NCBI GenBank assembly: GCA_964187785.1
Contig: OZ076409.1
Coordinates: forward strand, 73,472,001 to 73,536,000
DNA length: 64,000 bases
Origin: Amphiscolops sp. MND2022
Taxonomy: Eukaryota
Direction: 5' to 3'
Shown: piece after piece, positions 61,401-64,000 of the stretch
Numbering within the stretch: the first letter of the stretch is position 1
Layout of the letters: each line of letters opens with the position of its first letter
The notes under the pieces: generated by a model
What the model saw: only the letters and a program-made list of their open reading frames with translations
Database searches by the model: none
Told to the model about the DNA's origin: nothing
Made by a program: the position numbers and the translations under genes

Positions 61401-62784
61401 CGCTTAGATGACGTTTATGTCGCGAAAATCCTACAAACTAGTATTAGAATGACATGCTAGCCAACTAGAGAGCACTAAGGGAAAATATACTATACCGGAA
61501 GTAACCCCCCGTGACCGGAAGTTGTCATCTTTGACCGGAAATGTTCCAAAACATAGCGTTAAAGCAGTTTTCACTGCTTTTTAAAGTCAACTTATTACTT
61601 TTTCAATCTCCGCGAGCTTATATTCAGGTTTGTTTTTGTTACCCGTGCACTTTGCAACAAATATACATCTGTAAAACTTTCTCTATAATATCTTCGGATA
61701 GAGAAAAACGTGTTTCTGGGACTTTTTTCAAAAATTTTAGATATGTCTGTCATTTTTTGCCAAAGTTTTTCAACAGTACAACCATAGTGGTTAGTCTCTG
61801 CCCAAATATATGCCTAACAAAACTTTTTGGCCCATTGACCTCAGTTTGAGCGTTCCAGCTTTGCGTGGTCATAAGCTAAGGGACTTTAAAAATTTTCAAA
61901 CTTTTTCAAAAAAACAATTTCTCACATTCATGTCTCCCAAAGTAAAGAAACTTCCACACAACTAGGATTGAAAGTGGATGCATGTGGCAAGCCCTATAAT
62001 TGAAGAGAAAAATGCCGCTTAGAACGACTCTTTATCGTATCTTGACGTTAACGTATGGGGCTTTGAATGAGAGCTTGATAAGAGGTCGAGAAGTCAAAGT
62101 GTGTAAATGGAACGTATGTCTCGTCGAAAACTCATCGGAATACATTATATGAACCCCAATTGTCCTCAATTACAGTTGCCTAGTGCAACAACGTCTTTCA
62201 GGGACATTTTACCCATTTTCTTAAGAGTCAAAATTATTTTTAAATTCAGTTAGCAAAAAACACTTGAGTACATTCTCATCTGTCCCCAGCGGATGAGATG
62301 AGAATGTTCCTGCTAAAAGCCAGGTACTACGGCCCACTTTTGTTTTAATGCGACGCATTCCCTGCTTTAGCACATATATATTTTTATTTCTCCTGATTTT
62401 TTGTACACACTGTAAATTGTTATTATAAAATTCTTGTCATTACGTTACATAAATTTACAACCATAAAACGTTATCGTCAACGCCAAATACATTTATACGC
62501 CCACCATTCCCAAGGTATGTCGAGGCATACCTTTCGATTACGTATGTCAAAACGCAAACGCGATAAAAAGTGTTGAATTACAGAAACGCTGACAAACAAT
62601 TTTAACTAATTGACACATGGTAGGTTTTTATATGGAACTTACACATCACTGACATTTCACAACCTTGCAGCTGACGAACACATACGAACATCAACGCCCA
62701 CCGTCCGTGGGCATGCCGAGGCATGCCCTTCGACGACGTATGCCAATTTTTTTTCTATCTACACCCAATTGCGGTAGCAGCTAG
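58407..62784 (+). mobile_element. Units U35 and U36, adjacent diverged pair (2189 bp each)
   Basis: Same head GTGGAGGTTATTTTATAATAATTAAAG. Each has a D-like module, a degenerate B-like module and two copies of the tail palindrome. Confidence 0.8.
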
Positions 62785-64000
62785 GTGGCCGGAAATTTTT
62801 TTTTTCAGCAAAATCTTTGCCATTGGGGGAGGGGCCCCGGATGGCCAGTAGTACGGGATAGCTTCCTACCAAATCCAGGCGGAAAAAACGTGATTTTGGA
62901 AACTAGCCGTCAGAATTTGCTCAAATTTTGCATACGGCTTCCTATAACAATCCTAAGAACTAATCCCTACTGGCATTTTGCCCAAAAAACGCAAAAAGTT
63001 GGTCAAAATCTTAGTTTTTTGGTCAAAAAATGGCGTTTTTTCGAAAAAATTTTTTTTCAGAGACAATTACTCGTAACTGGTTCACCCAGCGCAAAAACGC
63101 CTAGCTGATTTATTGTTGGGCACTTCATGAGGAGTGCGTATACAAATTTTCGTCCAAATCGGATGAAAGTTGATTGAGAAATAACAGAAAATTTGAGGCA
63201 TTTTTTTGGAAATTTGTGAAATCCCAGTCTATCTCTGCCGTTTTTTGCCCAGATTTTTTTCCAGACACTCTCCTAAAGACCTCCCCTGGCCGGTTTACCT
63301 CCCAGCAAAACCATTTGGCCCTAAATACGGAGTTTCAGCGTTCTAGCATTCCCGGGCGAAAAGTTGTGGGACTTAGAAAAAATTTTTGGAAACGCAAAAT
63401 GTGTAAAGTCAACTTCAGGCCTCCCAAAGTCAAGAAACTTCCACACAACTAGTATTGCAAGTGAATGCATGTAGAAAGTACGTGAATAGACAAGGAAAAT
63501 GGGCTATAGAACGACTCTGTAGCTTAACTTGACGTTGACTTATGACATTTTGAGTGTGAGCGTCCTATAGGATTTTAATGTCAAAAATGAGATTTTGTAA
63601 GTCATGAGTCATCAAAAACTCATCGGAATACGTTCAATCATCCCCATAGCTGTTCAATCACCGATGTTTAGTAGAGCAACGCCATTATATGTCTTTGGAC
63701 CCATTTTAAAAATTTTCCTTACCGTCTTATTCGTCCGATATCACGAAACAGTTGAGTACATTCCATCTTCCCCCTTGTGGGGGAGATGAGAATGTACTCG
63801 CCAAAGACCTGATACAATGACCCATATTGGTTTTTATTTGACTTTTCTCACAATATTGCACACGGATAGCTGTGTTTGGTAAAAGTTTTCCTTTGCACCA
63901 TGTCTCCAGAAGCAAAACCACTTCTTTAGCTTACTACTTCTACTCAAACATCACTAACGTCAACGCCACATACTCGCATCAACGCCCACCGTCCGTGGGC
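62785..64000 (+). mobile_element. Unit U37 (B/C-like), truncated by the window edge inside its tail palindrome
   Basis: Starts after CTAG at 62781-62784 and ends in CAACGCCCACCGTCCGTGGGC. Confidence 0.8.

Larger units (their letters stand above)
1..64000 (+). repeat. Heterogeneous head-to-tail array of non-autonomous Helitron-like units joined by CTAG|GTG, containing one autonomous member
   Basis: Unit starts (first G of GTG after CTAG): 197, 1483, 2768, 4037, 5427, 6707, 7990, 20373, 21678, 22950, 24230, 25523, 26802, 28069, 29349, 30629, 31908, 33201, 35993, 37384, 39762, 41023, 42302, 43583, 44878, 46149, 47443, 48727, 50014, 51296, 52562, 53832, 55105, 56391, 58407 (CTGG|GTG), 60596, 62785. 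Modal length is ~1280 bp. The array runs off both window edges. A CTRR 3' end preceded by a GC-rich hairpin is the established Helitron signature. Confidence 0.9.

Noticed and set aside
193..64000. CRISPR array
   Set aside because: The period is ~1.3 kb rather than 60-80 bp and there are no cas genes. The similarity is only conceptual.
193..64000. Simple homogeneous satellite DNA or rDNA/5S/tRNA/snRNA gene array
   Set aside because: Units are heterogeneous and shuffled with sharp shared termini, and I recognise no rRNA, tRNA or snRNA sequence.

Overview
Eukaryotic-looking repeat locus with no recognisable host genes. Almost the whole window is one head-to-tail array of 36 complete units (U1-U36) plus two partial ones, all in the same orientation. 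Every unit is joined to the next by the junction CTAG|GTG (once CTGG|GTG). Most units are non-coding and 1.26-1.39 kb long, a few are 2.0-2.8 kb, and several divergent subfamilies are interleaved in shuffled order. One array slot (7990-20372, 12.4 kb) holds an apparently intact autonomous Helitron-like rolling-circle element. It encodes a 2371-aa Cys-rich/HUH-Y2 Rep/PIF1-type helicase/GIY-YIG protein and a 371-aa Cys-motif protein. It begins with the same ~780 bp head as the small units and ends in the same CACGTCTAG|GTG junction. Each unit head carries covarying stem-loops, nearly always with a (T/G)AGGG loop, next to a hypervariable segment of roughly fixed length. Heads, bodies and tails reassort independently. 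Best reading (inference): a self-targeting, cassette-like array of rolling-circle elements together with its mobilising enzyme, possibly producing structured RNAs or ssDNAs with variable segments. All coordinates and pairings were read by eye; no searches or folding programs were run.
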